A DNA stretch of 64,000 bases from Eledone cirrhosa. Taxonomy: Eukaryota. Location of the stretch: positions 47,740,001 to 47,804,000 of the forward strand of contig OZ024743.1 of NCBI GenBank assembly GCA_964016885.1, written 5' to 3'. The position numbers and the translations under genes were made by a program. Below the pieces are notes generated by a model. That model saw only the letters and a list, made by a program, of their open reading frames with translations, did not search any database and was not told where the DNA came from. Each line of letters starts with the position of its first letter. The first letter of the stretch is position 1. Of the stretch, positions 14,839 through 29,069 are shown one piece after another.

Positions 14839-14852
14839 TTACGATTCAATAT
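14839..14852 (-). CDS. Candidate terminal exon of the coiled-coil gene (..HIES*)
   Basis: Acceptor tcatttccag; phase 1 matches the previous exon; very short, so weakly supported. Confidence 0.35.
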
Positions 14853-15736
14853 CTGGAAATGATGGAATGTAACTTCTCCAAAGAAGAGGAAAATATGAGG
14901 GCAAAACAACAACTACAAAATAACATCTAAATAACCTCGATGCAGACAGTAAAATAAATGACTAAGTACATTAGAAATATGGTAATAAAAGGGTTAAACA
15001 ACATAGAATAGTGAAGACTCTTCAAACAACGTAGGGAAAAGAGGACTTTTTAGTCATGTCAAGGACATAATTCTTATAGTGCTGGTGCAACAGTAAAATG
15101 CACCCAGTACACTCTGTAAAGTGGTTAGCAATAGGAAGTGGTTATTTAACTGTGTTGATGTGAAGACATACTTGGCAACAAACACATAAGTGCCATAGTT
15201 TCTTCTAAATTTAACTCACAAGAAATTGGTCAGCTCAAGGCTATAGAAGAAAACATTTCAATAAGGTGCCAGCCACACTGTAAGATCAAACCCCAAACCT
15301 GAAGTGAACTTCATTAAGGATGATGAGAATGGAGCAAGTTATAAACATTGTGAAGAGAACTGGAATGAAATGATGGGGTCATGTGTTGAGGAAAGATGAA
15401 AGTTATTGGGTGAAAGGAGTGATGGGATGAATGTATAGGAAGGAGAAGATGATAAAAGACATGGCTTAAGATGATGGAGGAGGAAATGAAGATCAAAACC
15501 AGAGGATTGATGAGGAAAATACAGAGGATAGGGTAAAATGAAGAAGCCTGCCACTGTGCCCACAAAGCTAGCCCCTGCTTTAGCAGAGAAGATGGCTTTA
15601 AAACACTTGTTGTTGTATGTTTCTCAACATACTTTCTGAAAATCACGATTGCCATACTGGGGAAGGGGGGGACTCTTCACAATACAAGAATAGTAAATAA
15701 AAATAAAAAAAGAATATTCAAAGATTACAAACTTAC

Positions 15737-15774
15737 GTGTCAACACTTTAATCCTCTTGTCTTTCTTCTCCAGG
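15737..15774 (-). CDS. Coiled-coil gene exon (LEKKDKRIKVLT)
   Basis: ttttctgttgcag acceptor and gtaagt donor; phase 2 fits the upstream exon. Confidence 0.7.
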
Positions 15775-16289
15775 CTGCAACAGAAAATATTCCAATGTTG
15801 AAATCACAACCATCATCCTCTATAACTCTCTCGAACACATTGTTTTTTTCTTTCCACTCTTCACCCCAATACCTTTTGTTGACCTGTCCAACCCATACCA
15901 GCATGGGAAATGAACATAAAATGATGGTGATGGTAATCATCATCATCATCATTCACATGACAGTTATAACACATTCCCTTAAGCCTTTACCATTTACATT
16001 ACCTATACTATTGTATTTTCATGGTAAACACTTTATTTCACATAATTATCTCACATAATATCGAATCTACGAGATTTTGATATTATTTATTTTGAGAACA
16101 ATACCTTAACATAAGCATGAGCAGCCAGTTATGGCCAGTTTGAACAGAATGAGGTGAGAGAATTCTGGCCAGCTACAGCTGGTTTAAATGCTAAAGGGTT
16201 ATGGTGGGATAGTGAATATCCTCTAGTTTTACAAGTCATAAGGTAAAATGCACTTAGTATGTTTTGTAAAGTGGCTGACACACAAATTG

Positions 16290-16590
16290 AACTATGTGTG
16301 TATGTATTTGACTGAGCTTATATGTGTATGTTTGACATTGTATATGTATGTTTGACTGAGGATGTATGTGTTTAACTGAGAATATGTATGTGCTTGACTG
16401 GCATATATTTATTTGACAGAACATGTATGTGTGCATAGATAGTATATGAGTGTCTGACAGAGCGTACGTGTTTGTGTCTGACAGAGTATATGTGTGCATG
16501 TCTGACTGAGTGTATGTGTGTGTGTTTGACTGAACATATGTGTATGTGTGTGTTAGACTGGATGTGTACATGTGCGTCTAAGTATGTGTG
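16290..16590. repeat. Degenerate minisatellite of about 22-24 bp (tgtgtgtttgactgag-like)
   Basis: Recurring gtttgac/gtctgac motif within TG-rich sequence. Confidence 0.7.
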
Positions 16591-16679
16591 TGTCTTTAGA
16601 AGCAAACAAACAATAAGAGCCCCCACACATCATAATTCACCATAAAAAGGATAAAGACAGAAGAAAAACCTCAACTAAC

Positions 16680-16789
16680 TTTAACTGATGCTTCTTCTCA
16701 GAAAGTGTCTTTTGAGAGACCTTTTCCTGTAGTTTGCTCTTTTCAGCAAGATAAGCTTCAGATGATTCACGGAAGATCTTATTTTCACT
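16680..16789 (-). CDS. Coiled-coil gene exon (SENKIFRESSEAYLAEKSKLQEKVSQKTLSEKKHQL)
   Basis: ttttacttcag acceptor, gttagt donor, open frame, phases consistent. Confidence 0.75.
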
Positions 16790-18019
16790 CTGAAGTAAAA
16801 GAGAGAAATATAAATAAGTCAAAATTTACGAAACAATACAACATACATGACTTCATGGTTAGGGAGTTTGCTTCAGAACTACACAGTTTCGGGTGTGAGC
16901 CCATTGCATGGAATCTTGGGCAAGTGTCTACTACCATAACCTTGCAACAACTAAAGGCCTATGAGAAAAATTTGGTACACAGTGTACACAGAAATTGTGT
17001 GATGGATCAATCCTGTTATTGGGCGAAAGACTTAATTCATCATCTGACCCTTAGCCAGACCCACTCTGTTGCAAGCTTTTGAGCCAAGCCTCTGGTTTGA
17101 AGATAATTAACCCCTTCTCTCCAACATTTTCAAAGATCCTGGAAAAATACACTATATCACACTGCATGTCAAAATGAAAAACTAAAAGGGTTATCACTAG
17201 GAAAGGCATGCAGTCAGAAAGTACTGCCTCAAAAAGTTCAGTGTGGCTGAACATAAAAATGCTAATGGTGTTGATTATGATGATGACTTCTCTGATAACG
17301 GTGATAATAGTTATATAAAGAAGTGCCAGACAATTGAAATGGAAGGTCACAGTGGAAGAAGATGTGGAAACAAGAGGTGGAGACTGATCTTAAAGAGATA
17401 ACAAGTGACTACAACAAAAGGCACAGATGGGCTAAATACATGATAACTTGGAAAACTTAAAGATGTTCTTGATGACAGTTGAATTGATAGTGCAAGTACA
17501 CTTACTGATAGTCATTATTTTAATACCAACCCAGCAACAGGAACTGTAACAACTATGTTCAGATATATAGAGATAAATAGTCATGTGTTTTGCTTAAGGG
17601 TACAACAAAGTTGCTACAAGTGAGCTGTCTCATTACTTTAGCAAATGTGTGGAAACAATGTAGGGTCAAGAGGACCCCTTAGTCCTACCAAAAGACATAA
17701 TCTTTCTACTTCTGGTACACTAATAAAATATACAAAATACACCCAGTCCACTCTATAAAATGGTTGGATAAACCACATCAAAAACTGAATATAAAAGCAA
17801 AACTGATGCATCCCTTAAGATAGCACCTTCAAATAAGAGTTGATTAACTCAGACTGTAATGATCTGTCCAACCCATGTCAGCATGGAAAAACAGACATAA
17901 AATGATAATAAATCAAAAAAACAGCATCACATTGATGTCATTTCAGACCAATATCCATAAGAAAACAACAGAACAGCAATATATTCACTGTTTCTTCAAC
18001 CAACTCAGTAAAAGCTTAC

Positions 18020-18100
18020 CTCTATATAAGAGATTTTATGCTTCAAGTTCTCAATAGTTAAATCTTTCTCAGCCAAAGTCAACTGATGGTCTGTTTTAAC
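18020..18100 (-). CDS. Coiled-coil gene exon (VKTDHQLTLAEKDLTIENLKHKISYIE)
   Basis: atttcag acceptor and gtaagc donor; 81 nt, phase 0-0. Confidence 0.8.
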
Positions 18101-19127
18101 CTGAAATATTAATTGAATTAATTAAAAGTGAGAAGTTAAATATTAGATCCTTTCATGAATATATTTCTAATGAAAGACACTGCCTATGATTTTTATATTT
18201 TGAAAATAATCAAGAATTTGAATGGATTTAGTAATATAACTAGCTTTCTTATTATTAAGCTGGTGTTTGGAGATTCTTATATAACATTTTGTTGAAACTC
18301 TAACAGGTGGACATCAAATGACGATGATGATAAACATTTTAAAATAAACATCCTTGTAGCAGAAAACCAAGGTCAATTTCAGAAAGGTTGGTGTCAAAAG
18401 GGTTAGACAACAACTATTACCTACCATATATATGTGTGTATAAGTCACATTTACATTTTTAATAGAACGTTTATAATGTAATGCATATTTTGAATGCAGA
18501 TAAGCCACTTGATGGTTTTTCATGCATTTTCGTGGAAAAATGTGTGAGTTATATGTGAATGCATATATATATGTGTGTATGTATGTATGTATGTATAAAT
18601 CATATCAATATGTATGTCAACTCTTTTGATACTGATCCACCTGAGACTGACCTTGGTTCTATAATATAAAAATCTCCAGTATTAAAGTGTTCGACCCCAT
18701 CGTCATAATTTCATGTAAGAAACATTTGTTTAGTTATCTTTTAAATACTGTCTTTATAACAATAAATGTTACTTAAATACATCCAAATTCTTCGTTATTT
18801 TCATAAATAGTTGAAATAGACTATATTTCATTAGAAACTTAGTTAACAATGTAAATAGAATGAAAGAAATCCAAGAAGAGAAGGAAGAAGAAAATTGGAG
18901 AAAAATAAAAAAAAAAGATCTGGCAACAAACAGGAAATTTATTTGCCTGAGAGGTTCATCAGACCAGAGCCTATTCTAGTTTCTGTGAAGCAACTGAGAG
19001 TGCAAGACTTCCCACTGTATAGGATGTCAGTCCCTCACAGAGTTAAACCCCAGTTACTGATGGTACTCATTTTTTTCAGCTAAATAAACAGGAGTAATGT
19101 GAAATGAAGTGCCTTACTATAATAATG

Positions 19128-19977
19128 AAAATAATAATGAAATTATTGTGTAAAGTGCTCAGGTGCACTACAACTCGTCAAAGGTGCATGTATAGTACAT
19201 AGAATAATACACAAATGTCAGGGAAGTGAATAGTGTAGGAGTCATGATATACATGTGTGTATGTGTATGGAGGGGGACATTAGGTGTAGTGTTGGCGAAT
19301 CTCTGGAAGCATGGAGGCCTTAAAGGCTGCAGTGTACACAAATGGAGGCCTTAGAGGATGCACTGTACACAATAATTTCATTATTATTATTATTTTCAAA
19401 TAAAAAAAGCTACATGCTTGTTCATAGTTATCATATAATGGTTAGGACTACATGTTGTGACCATGGTAACACAGGTTCAAAACATGGTCAGTTTTTATCA
19501 TCTGTGATAGCAGAATTGGTAGAACTCTGTACAAAAAATATCTTGTGGTATTTGGTTGTATCCTTTTACATTCTGAGTTGAAATCTTATCAATGTTCACT
19601 CTACTCAAGGAATTTAGCCACTAGGCTGTGTGCATGTATTTAATAATTTGTAGCAACATCTTCAGAAAGTAAAATATGATTAAAAACAAAACATTTTTTC
19701 ACACTCACAGTTGCTGAAGCATGGAACAAACTACCTACATCAGTTGTTAGCTGTCGAGACACTGCATCCTTTAAAACCTCCATGCTTCCTGAGATTGGCC
19801 AACACTACACCTAATATTCCCCCTCCATATACACGCGCACATGTAAATCATGACTCATACACTATTCACTTCCCTGACATTTGTATATTATTCTATGTAC
19901 TATACATGCACCTTTGATGAGTTGTAGTGCACCTGAACACTGTACACAATAATTTCATTATTATTATTATTATTATT
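19128..19977. mobile_element. CR1-type 3' fragments: 19128-19335 (-), 19362-19394 (+), 19690-19977 (+)
   Basis: Match the 3' end of 59312-59789 including (ATT)n tails. Confidence 0.8.
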
Positions 19978-20569
19978 TAAAAATAAAAAAAGCTACATGC
20001 TTGTTCATAGTTATCATATAATGGTTAGGACTACATGTGGCCATGGTAACAGGTTCAAAACATGGTCAGTTTTTATCATCTGTGATAGCAGAATTGGTAG
20101 AACTCTGTACAAAATACCTTGTGGTATTTGGTTGTGTCCTTTTACATTCTGAGTTGAAATCTTATCAATGTTCACTCTACCATACATTCACATGAGATTG
20201 GTTGACACTATGTATTAGTGAAGGCACATGAATTAGTGGTGGTTAGAGGGTTGGATTAGCAATTGTGAGTTCAACTCTCGGACCGAGTGATGTGTTGTGT
20301 CCTTGAGCAAGACAATTTATTTCACGTTGCTCCTTTTGCCAGGAGTTGCTACCGGTAGATAGTATCAGCAATGGAAAGACCAGTGGAAACATTATTTCCT
20401 TGGTCCAATTTGACGAGGTCCACCCCACTCGGCAAGTGAATGAGGTCTGGGATCTTGTTGATTGATCAGAGCGATTATAACATAGAAAGCAATTGCTTTA
20501 GCATAGCTACAATTCAATAAATGGAACCAGTAAAAGTAAAAAGAAAAAAATACAGAATAATTTCTCTAC

Positions 20570-20633
20570 CTTCTTGTTGAGATCAGCTCTCTTGAGAAGA
20601 CTATTGACCTGTGAACGCAGTTCTTGACAGGAC
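20570..20633 (-). CDS. Coiled-coil gene exon (SCQELRSQVNSLLKRADLNKK)
   Basis: tttctctgttag acceptor and gtagag donor; phase 2 to 0. Confidence 0.75.
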
Positions 20634-20757
20634 CTAACAGAGAAATAAATATGCTTCAGAGAAATATAACAAAAATATTGAAGAACATTGAGCAGTAAGA
20701 CAAAAATAACAAAATTTTACATGAAAACAAAAACAGCAGCAATACAATAATATATTC

Positions 20758-22950
20758 TAAGAGGCATTAAATTAATCGACCAGGTCATGAAGGTCACGGA
20801 AAAAGTAATAGCGCAACTAATCAGAGAGAGAATTGATCTAGATGAAATGCAGTTCGGGTTTGTGTCAGGAAAAAGTACCACAGACGCTCTTTTCATTGTA
20901 CGACAACTACAGGAGAAGTACCTAGCTAAAAGTAAACCCCTATACTTAGCTTTTGTCGACTTGGAGAAAGCCTTCGACAGAGTCCCCCGTTCCATTATCT
21001 GGTGGTCTCTTAGAAAACTAGGTGTTGACGAATGGCTTGTGAGAGCTATACAAGCCATGTATAAAGAAACAGTCAGTAAGGTTAGAATTAACAACGAATA
21101 TAGTGAAGAGTTTAGCGTAAAAGTTGGTGTCCATCAGGGCTCTGTTCTTAGCCCCCTACTATTTATTATTGCCCTTCAGGCTATAACAGAGGAGTTCAAG
21201 ACCGGCTGCCCATGGGAACTCCTATACGCAGATGATCTAACGCTCATAGCTGAATCAATGACCGAACTAGAGAAGAAATTCCAAACATGGAAGCACGGCC
21301 TAGAATCAAAAGGCCTTAAAATTAACCTGGCTAAGACTAAAGTTCTAGTTTGTAGGAAAGAAAATAAGGCGGCGGTCCCATCTGGGAAATGGCCATGCTC
21401 AGTGTGTAGGAAAGGCGTAGGTAGAAACTCCATTTTATGTCCCAAATGCAAAGTATGGGTGCATAAAAGATGTAGTGGGATCACAGGTAAGCTAACTAAG
21501 AACATAGATTTTACATGTGGCCGGTGCTCTGGTGCAATAATAATAATAATGAAATTATTGCGTACAGTGCTCAGGTGCACTACAACTCATCAAAGGTGCA
21601 TGTATAGTACATAGAATAATGTACAAATGTCAGGAAAATAAACAGTGTATGAGTCATGATATAATAACAATAACAATAATGAAATATTGTGCACAGTGCC
21701 CAGGTGCACCACAACCCATCAAAAAAGTGCATGTACAGTACATAGGGCAATGCACAAACATCAGTAAAATGAACAGTGCACACATGTGTGCATGTGTATG
21801 GAAGGGGCACATCAGGTGTAGCAGCAAGTGCCCACAAAATACTAGCTCCTTCAACTGCGCAGAGGGTTCTATAGAAATAGTGGACAGCTTCCGTTACCTG
21901 GGTGACAAAATCAGCAGTGGGGGAGGGTGCTCTGAAAGTACAGTAGCTAGAGTCAGAACTGGATGGAAAAAGTTCAGAGAGCTTATACCACTATTAGCCG
22001 CTAGAGGGTTCTCCCTAAAAATGAAACGCAAGTTATACGATGCCTGCATACGAACAGCAATGCTGCATGGCAGTGAGACCTGGGCATTGTGTGCAGAGGA
22101 TATACGCAGACTAGAGAGGAACGAAGCTTGCATGCTCCGCTGGATGTGCAATAGTAATATACGTGAACGGCAAAGCATAAACGAACTAAGGAAAAAATTA
22201 GAAATAAGAGGGATCAGATGTTGTTTACTCGAGAGAAGGCTACGTTGGTACGGTCACGTGATGCGCATGAAAGACGACAGCTGTATAACAAAGTGCAGGG
22301 CAATAAAGATAGACGGTAGCCACGGAGTAGGCAGACCCAGAAAAACATGGGACGAGCTGATAAATTCCGACCTCACACGCTTACACCTCTCCAAGACAAT
22401 ATCACTGGACCGAGACCTTTGGCGGTACTCAGTAATAGAGAAGACCCGCCTTACCTAAATACAAAGTAAAAACCTACTACAGTCAGTAGGCATCTCTATC
22501 AAAACACACCCCCGTCCCACCACCTCCACCCCATCCAATGTAAAGTTATGTTGGTCCCACAACATCCAGGCCGAAACAAATGAGATCATGTAGGTGTCAC
22601 GACAAAAAAACACACAGTCCACGCTGTAAATGTGGCCGTGTAGGCAACACGGTAAAAACCTCCCAGCCCCACACTGTAAATGTGGTCGGTGTTAGGAAGG
22701 GCATCCAGCTGTAGAAAACCCGCCAGACAGTCCACGCTGTAATGTGGCCGTGTAGGCAACACGGTAAAAACCTCCCAGCCCCACACTGTAAATGTGGTTG
22801 GTGTTAGGAAGGGCATCCAACTGTAGAAAACCCGCCAGACAGTCCTATGCGAGCAATACATCCACTCTTGCCTCAAGTGGGAAAACCCCCGTCCAAACCC
22901 ATGCAAGCGTGGAACACGGACGCTAAACCTGATGCTGATGATGATGATGA
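20758..22950 (+). mobile_element. 5'-truncated RTE LINE (same family as 6700-9148) interrupted by nested CR1 3' fragments
   Basis: RT ORF pieces 20787-21535 and 21825-22458; 3' UTR with an internal tandem duplication near 22616-22840; (GAT)n tail. Confidence 0.93.
21535..21822 (-). mobile_element. Two CR1 3' fragments nested in the RTE
   Basis: aataatgaaattattg..gtgctcaggtgcactacaactcatcaaaggtgcatg occurs twice; RTE sequence resumes at 21823. Confidence 0.85.
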
Positions 22951-22971
22951 TTCTAAATATAGCATACAAAC

Positions 22972-23030
22972 CTCTCTTTCTGCTTTAAACTGTCAGCTAA
23001 GTTGAGCAACCTTTTCTTAAGAAATACCGA
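22972..23030 (-). CDS. Coiled-coil gene exon (..LLNLADSLKQKER); acceptor uncertain (23030 or 23010)
   Basis: gtttgt donor; open frame joins the next exon; only the acceptor at 23010 is phase-compatible with the upstream exon unless an exon was missed. Confidence 0.55.
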
Positions 23031-23327
23031 CTGTAAAAACTGTTAAGGATTGCTTCTCTGAATATGTGAAGATACACAAAAATACACGCACATTTTTTAA
23101 AAGAGCAAGAAATACCTCAGAATTAAACACAGCAAGATAGAGCAACAATAAAAGACAAACATTATAAAAAATATATTTTAAGAATCACATTACATTACTG
23201 GGTTGATAGAGTACTAATCTAGGGCAGAAAACTTTATCATCACTGTAGAACCAAATTATATGATAAGCAATCAGTCCTTATCTCCTTTAACTCCTCATCT
23301 TAATGCCTCATTTTATTAATATTGCCA

Positions 23328-23679
23328 TATTGTTATACTTTGGGCGGGTCATGCTGCCAATAAAAACACACGCACCTGTACATTGTAAAAGCTCTTTCAT
23401 CACACATTGTGACCTCCTCAGTGGCTGTGTCACTCAAAAACAAGATGGTGTAGGACTGAACAAAGGAGAGACACACAATGTGTGACGAAAGAGCTTTGAT
23501 ATTATATAAATAACTATCCGGTTATTGAACCAACCAACTGGATATTTATAATAAATTGAAGTGAAAACCAACAGGTGTATGTGTTTTTATTGGCAGCATG
23601 ACCCTCCCAAAGTATAACAGTATCTGTTTCAACACATGTTTTCAGATAAGAAATCTTGCAAAATAAATTCAAAAATGAA

Positions 23680-23680
<1 letters not shown>
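23328..23680. mobile_element. Diverged copy of the 5240-5802 fold-back element with a degenerate hammerhead (23388-23426, -)
   Basis: tgttatactttgggcgggtcatgctgccaataaaaacac / gtgtttttattggcagcatgaccctcccaaagtataaca arms; minus-strand CTGAGGA-ggtcacaatgtgtgat-GAAAgagc. Confidence 0.65.
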
Positions 23681-23731
<51 letters not shown>

Positions 23732-25351
23732 GTCCTATTACATCTGTTTTTTTCCATGCTTGCATAAGACTGATTGGCATATATATATTCCATCATTTTT
23801 AAGTTCACTTTTACATGCTAATATGGGTTGGAAAGAATATTTTGAGGTATATTTTTACAACTGTATTCCCTTATGCCATGCAGTGATACAGTGTACTTAT
23901 TCTACAAAACAAGAAACACAGGGAAGTAATACATATAAATACACACACATGGATAATGCATATAGTGTATGAAAACGTAGACACTGAAATATTGTGATAA
24001 AGAGTAAATAAAGGATATCATTTGTCTTGGTCTGAAGTAGCTTCATGATTTTACTGAAAATAGAAAAAATAGAGAATTAAAGGAAACTATAATAAATATA
24101 TAAAACAATAAAGAATTATATTTTCTTTTACAAGAAATTTACCATATTAGTGCAAGAGAAATAATTCAGCTAATTTGATCATTTGCATATTTATACCCAT
24201 GTTAATAAGAGCCAGCTTAGCAGTGTGGTTAATAAGTTTGCTTCATAACCACATGACATCTTGGGCAAGTGACGTTTGTTACAGCCATGAGCTTGGCAAA
24301 TGAATTTGGTCAACAGAAACTGTAAGTTCCATCATGTATATATTATCACCATTGAACATGTCTTCCTGCCAGTAGTAACATACTAGGTGTGGTTCCAATC
24401 AAATCAATAAGACATTCTCCTCCTGTAAATACCAATGTAATCAACTAAAACCCTCACCCGGCTTCTATAAATAGGAGTACCTTTAGCAGAGGTCTCTCTA
24501 TTACAAGTATTCAAGCCTGAGGTCCAGACTGAAAAAAAAATATAATCAAATCTGATCTGAAAATGTGAAAAATTAGATAAAATGTTCTGATAATTTTTCA
24601 TCACACAGGTTGGAAAACACTGATGCATTCATCAGAAAAATATATAAAGAAACTGATTATCAGATTGGATCAAAAATGTTTCTATTGCTGATACAAGAGA
24701 GAATTTGAACACAAAACTCACTGAATCAGAACAGCTACAAGAAAGTATTCATCCAATGCTTTAACAATTCTGTAAACCCAACTCTTCTAGACTGGTGCTT
24801 TATTTATAGGCCCCAAAAGAATGAAAAAACAAAGTTGACTTCAGTGGAATTTAAACACAGAGATTTGGAACACATATTGCTTTGGCCCCACTCAGTCACG
24901 GATGACTATTGGTTTTGCACCTAGAAAGTTTCCCCCCAAGGCACAAGCCTGAGCAAGGTTGTTTGAGGAAGACCAGCAGTCGCCTATGCATACCAGTCTC
25001 CCTTCGCCACGCCACCAGTGTTGTCCAAGGGAAAGGTAATGACCGATACAGCTTGGCACCAGTGACGTCGCAACTCATTTCTACAGCTGAGTAAACTGGA
25101 GCAACGTGAAATAAAGTGTCTTGCTCAAGGACACAACACATCACCCAGTCCGAGAATCAAACTCACAACCTCTCAATTGCAAGCCCAATGCTCTAACCAC
25201 TAAGCCATGCACCTTCACTTGGAACAAATATACAAGTACTTAATCCAATAATCCATCAACTCTGACAATTCATGAAAACAAGAATGTGAAGCTATTTCCT
25301 ATTTCCCGTCCTGGTGTCCTGCTGTATCAAAAGAAATCAGTATTTACTTAC

Positions 25352-25410
25352 TCAGCTGATATAATTTTGTCCTTCAGAGATTTCAATGGTGAATTGTTTT
25401 CAATAAATCT
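25352..25410 (-). CDS. Coiled-coil gene exon (RFIENNSPLKSLKDKIISA)
   Basis: ctattttcag acceptor and gtaagt donor; phase 0 fits the first exon. Confidence 0.75.
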
Positions 25411-27668
25411 CTGAAAATAGAAACATAAATAAAATTAAATAACATAAAACAAAGAGAAAATAAGAATATTAACTTTTTTCATAGCCAAACGGCCTTAACT
25501 ATTTCATTGCCATATTTAAATGAAAGATACAGCATATAATTTTCAAATTATTTTGAAAATAATCAAGAATCTGAAGGGATGTAGTAATATAAGTAACTTT
25601 CTCATTTCAAAACTAGTGTTTGGAGCATAACTTAATACAGGTTCTTACATAAAATTATGATGGGAGGTTTTTAAAAAAATCTGAACTCATTAGTTTCATA
25701 ATGTAGAAACAAGGCAAGCAAGGGAGAGAACTACAACCTTAGCTGATTTAAGTATTTTGTAACAATTTAAGATGATGCAGTAGGAGTTGTTTCCTTTGCT
25801 TGCTTCTCATTATTGGAATATCTGCAAAGGAAGTTGTAGCCTTGTGAGAATAGTCTCAGTTGATTGGAGCTTTCCCCCCACTCACCATATTCATAATGTG
25901 AGACACCATAATTTGACATCAGTTCTTCAATGAGTTGGATAGTTTGTTACAGACTAAGTCAGTACATAATCACAGTTAGTGTCTTCCTAGACTAGTCATG
26001 GGCTACATTTTGAATATCATTGATGGTTAAAATGTGATTGGTAATACAAGTATAAGAGTATATATAGAACAGTAATACCGATGTTAAAAATGTGATTCAC
26101 CTTGTATGTCATAGTTATCCTATTGAAAGCTAACCTGTAGAGCTACCTGTTGCTATTATTGTTTCATCCCATGTCAACACGTAGTGTTGCTTGTCTATAG
26201 CTAATGGTATAATATACTCGTGAACATTTTTTATGTTATCAAAAGTAAAAGATTTTGTCTTTTCAACCTTTTCAGAATTATATCACAACTCATTTTGGTT
26301 TTCAGTTACAGTCCATGTAGGATGACATTGAAAAAAAATGTAGCCTTATAGGCTATGCAAGAAAACAAAGAGAATGGTTACGGCCAAAATGCCTTTGATC
26401 ACCACTCTGCTTATTCAGAGCTCACTTGGCAAAAACGTTTCATTGTATTTCTACAATTCGGTCACATAATTCCATTAAAATGTTTTTTTTATGACTTGGT
26501 AGAATAAACAATTAAATATCATACCATGTGTCACTAGTTATGTGTCTAATTGTTATCAGTTTTCAGATCTCAAATATATACTTTACAGCTGAAATATTCA
26601 TAGAAATTCATTAGATTTGACATAATGCATATTTACATTCTTGTCATTAGTGGCTTGTCTTACTGAAGTATTAGATGATGATTATGAGAGTGCTTGGCTA
26701 TTCCAGCACCTTAGCCACACTATCATCTGTGGTAATGCCGGGTCTTGGCTTGCCTAAAAGTCTTTAAATGGCCACACTAACATTCCTAGTAGTAGTGTGT
26801 AATTGAGTGTAGACGTCTTCACCCATTTTATTTTGTTTCTTTTATATTCTTTCCAACTTTTTTTTATTTGTTCCTTTTGCAAATCATGGACACCATATAA
26901 TTTAACTCCAAATATCGGTCGCTCTTGACAGGTTTGCAGTTGAGCCTGTGGTAGTGGAGACTTTGGAGACTTCAGGTGTCCTTGGCACTAGGGCCACCTC
27001 CCTGTTCGCCACCATCAGCACAGATTTGGCTTCCCGAGCTGGAATGATTATTGGTGACAGACTAAATTGTAGTTACACTAAGTTTAGAAATCTATGCGGT
27101 GAGGATATTTAGCTGTTATTTCTAGTAGGTCAAGTACTTACACATATACCTCATATGGAAAAAAATGAAAAAGAAACAATGTTTGTCACTCTTCCAAGGT
27201 CGATAAAATAAAGTGCCAGTCAAATGCTGAGACCAGTATAATTGATTTGTCCTTCTCCTCAAAATTGCTGGCCTTGTGCCAAAATTAGAAATCATTAATT
27301 ATTACAACTTTTGTCAGTTCATTCATTTAAATATACAATAGGATAAATCAGTGATAACGTGACTGTAGGAAGAGAAGGTTGAATACACAAATATAAAAAC
27401 AGGAAAACTAAACAAAAAATCGTTCATAATTTAATTGTTAGTTTAATAATAACCAATAAGTAAAACATAAATGTTCTTGTACAACTTAGATGAGGTGATC
27501 GAGTAGCACACAGTACTCACAGTACTCACTGTAAATGTGGTCGGCATTAGGAAGGGCATCTAGTAGAAACCAAGCCAAAATCGGTTCTGTATGAGCAAGA
27601 CATGGTCATCTGACCTCGACTTTCCTCAAATAAGACAACTCGTCTAACCCATGCTACAGTGATGATGT

Positions 27669-27724
<56 letters not shown>

Positions 27725-29069
27725 ACATATATCAATATATATATATGTGTGTGTGTGTGTGTGTTTGTGCGCGCGCGTAATATATAAATACATACATGCA
27801 TAACAACTAGACATGTCTGTATACATAGATACACATACATACACAGATACACTCATTGTTATTTAAACTCTGGCATAAGCCTGAAGCCATAGATGTAATC
27901 TAAATTATATGAGTAAATATTCTATTCTTTCTTTGATTTTGTTATTGAAAAAATATAAATTCTTTATATTTTTCATAACTTATATGTGTGATTTATTTTA
28001 CTACTGAACATTCATTTTCCATAACATTTAGTTATTTGCTAAAGTTTAAGTGCAATAAATTGGTTATATTTCTACAATACACAAAATATTTAAACACTTT
28101 TTTTTAATACAATTCCTAACAATATTTAATTATAAAAATACAATAAGATTTTGAAACATTGAATAGGTATGAGTGTTCACCGGAGTAAAATAGAAATCAA
28201 AGGGGTCAAAAAATAGAAATCAAATAAGTAAAAAAAATGGTTGAGAATCTCTGCTATAGAGTATGATTTCTAACTAACATCAAATTCCGTATATTTACTG
28301 ATAACAAATTGCAGAAAATTGACTTGGAAACTATGGACACTGACCATAGAAGAGAATTTTTTTTAAACATTCCGAATGCGGTTTCTCTATCATGTAATGC
28401 ATGTGGAGATGAAATGACAAAATCGTGAGATTAATTGACGTTGGTGATGCCATTGAAAAGATTGTAGGAAAGAAATGTCAATCAGAAAGAAACACTCAAT
28501 TGAAATATTGTACATATGTACATGTAAAACTTGTGGTCGGTAAACTTTTTAGGGCAAATAAAAAATGAAACCATGATCATACGAGGTTTATGGAAACGGT
28601 TTGTTTTTGGTTTGCTTTATAATTACTTTACTGTTTTTCACAGGTAATATGGAAAAAAGTCATTTCTTAATACTTTTTATAATGAAAATAATGTTGATGT
28701 CAATGATTTTTTCTTTCGCACATGTTCGGCAAGTTTATCGATACTGTGGTCTCTAGTATACAATAAAGACGGGATGGACAAGGCTGGAATACTTTTTTTC
28801 GTAGGTCTGCTCAATCGGGGCTGACTTGGAGGTAAAAAACAACCGAAAGCGGAAGGACCCATGAACGATAGTGGGGTTTTTTCGTTTGTGGAGTTCCGAT
28901 GGTGTAAAATCTCGACAGAATCTTTTACAGCGTCCGATAAAATTATTTGTGTGTCGATCACCGTCACCAAGGCGTGAGGGGATGGTGTTGTCCCAATCCC
29001 CTACTTTTAAATGTTGCACCCTCAGATTTAGAAGAAAAATACGAAGAAATGCTTATTCCAAAATTCCAC

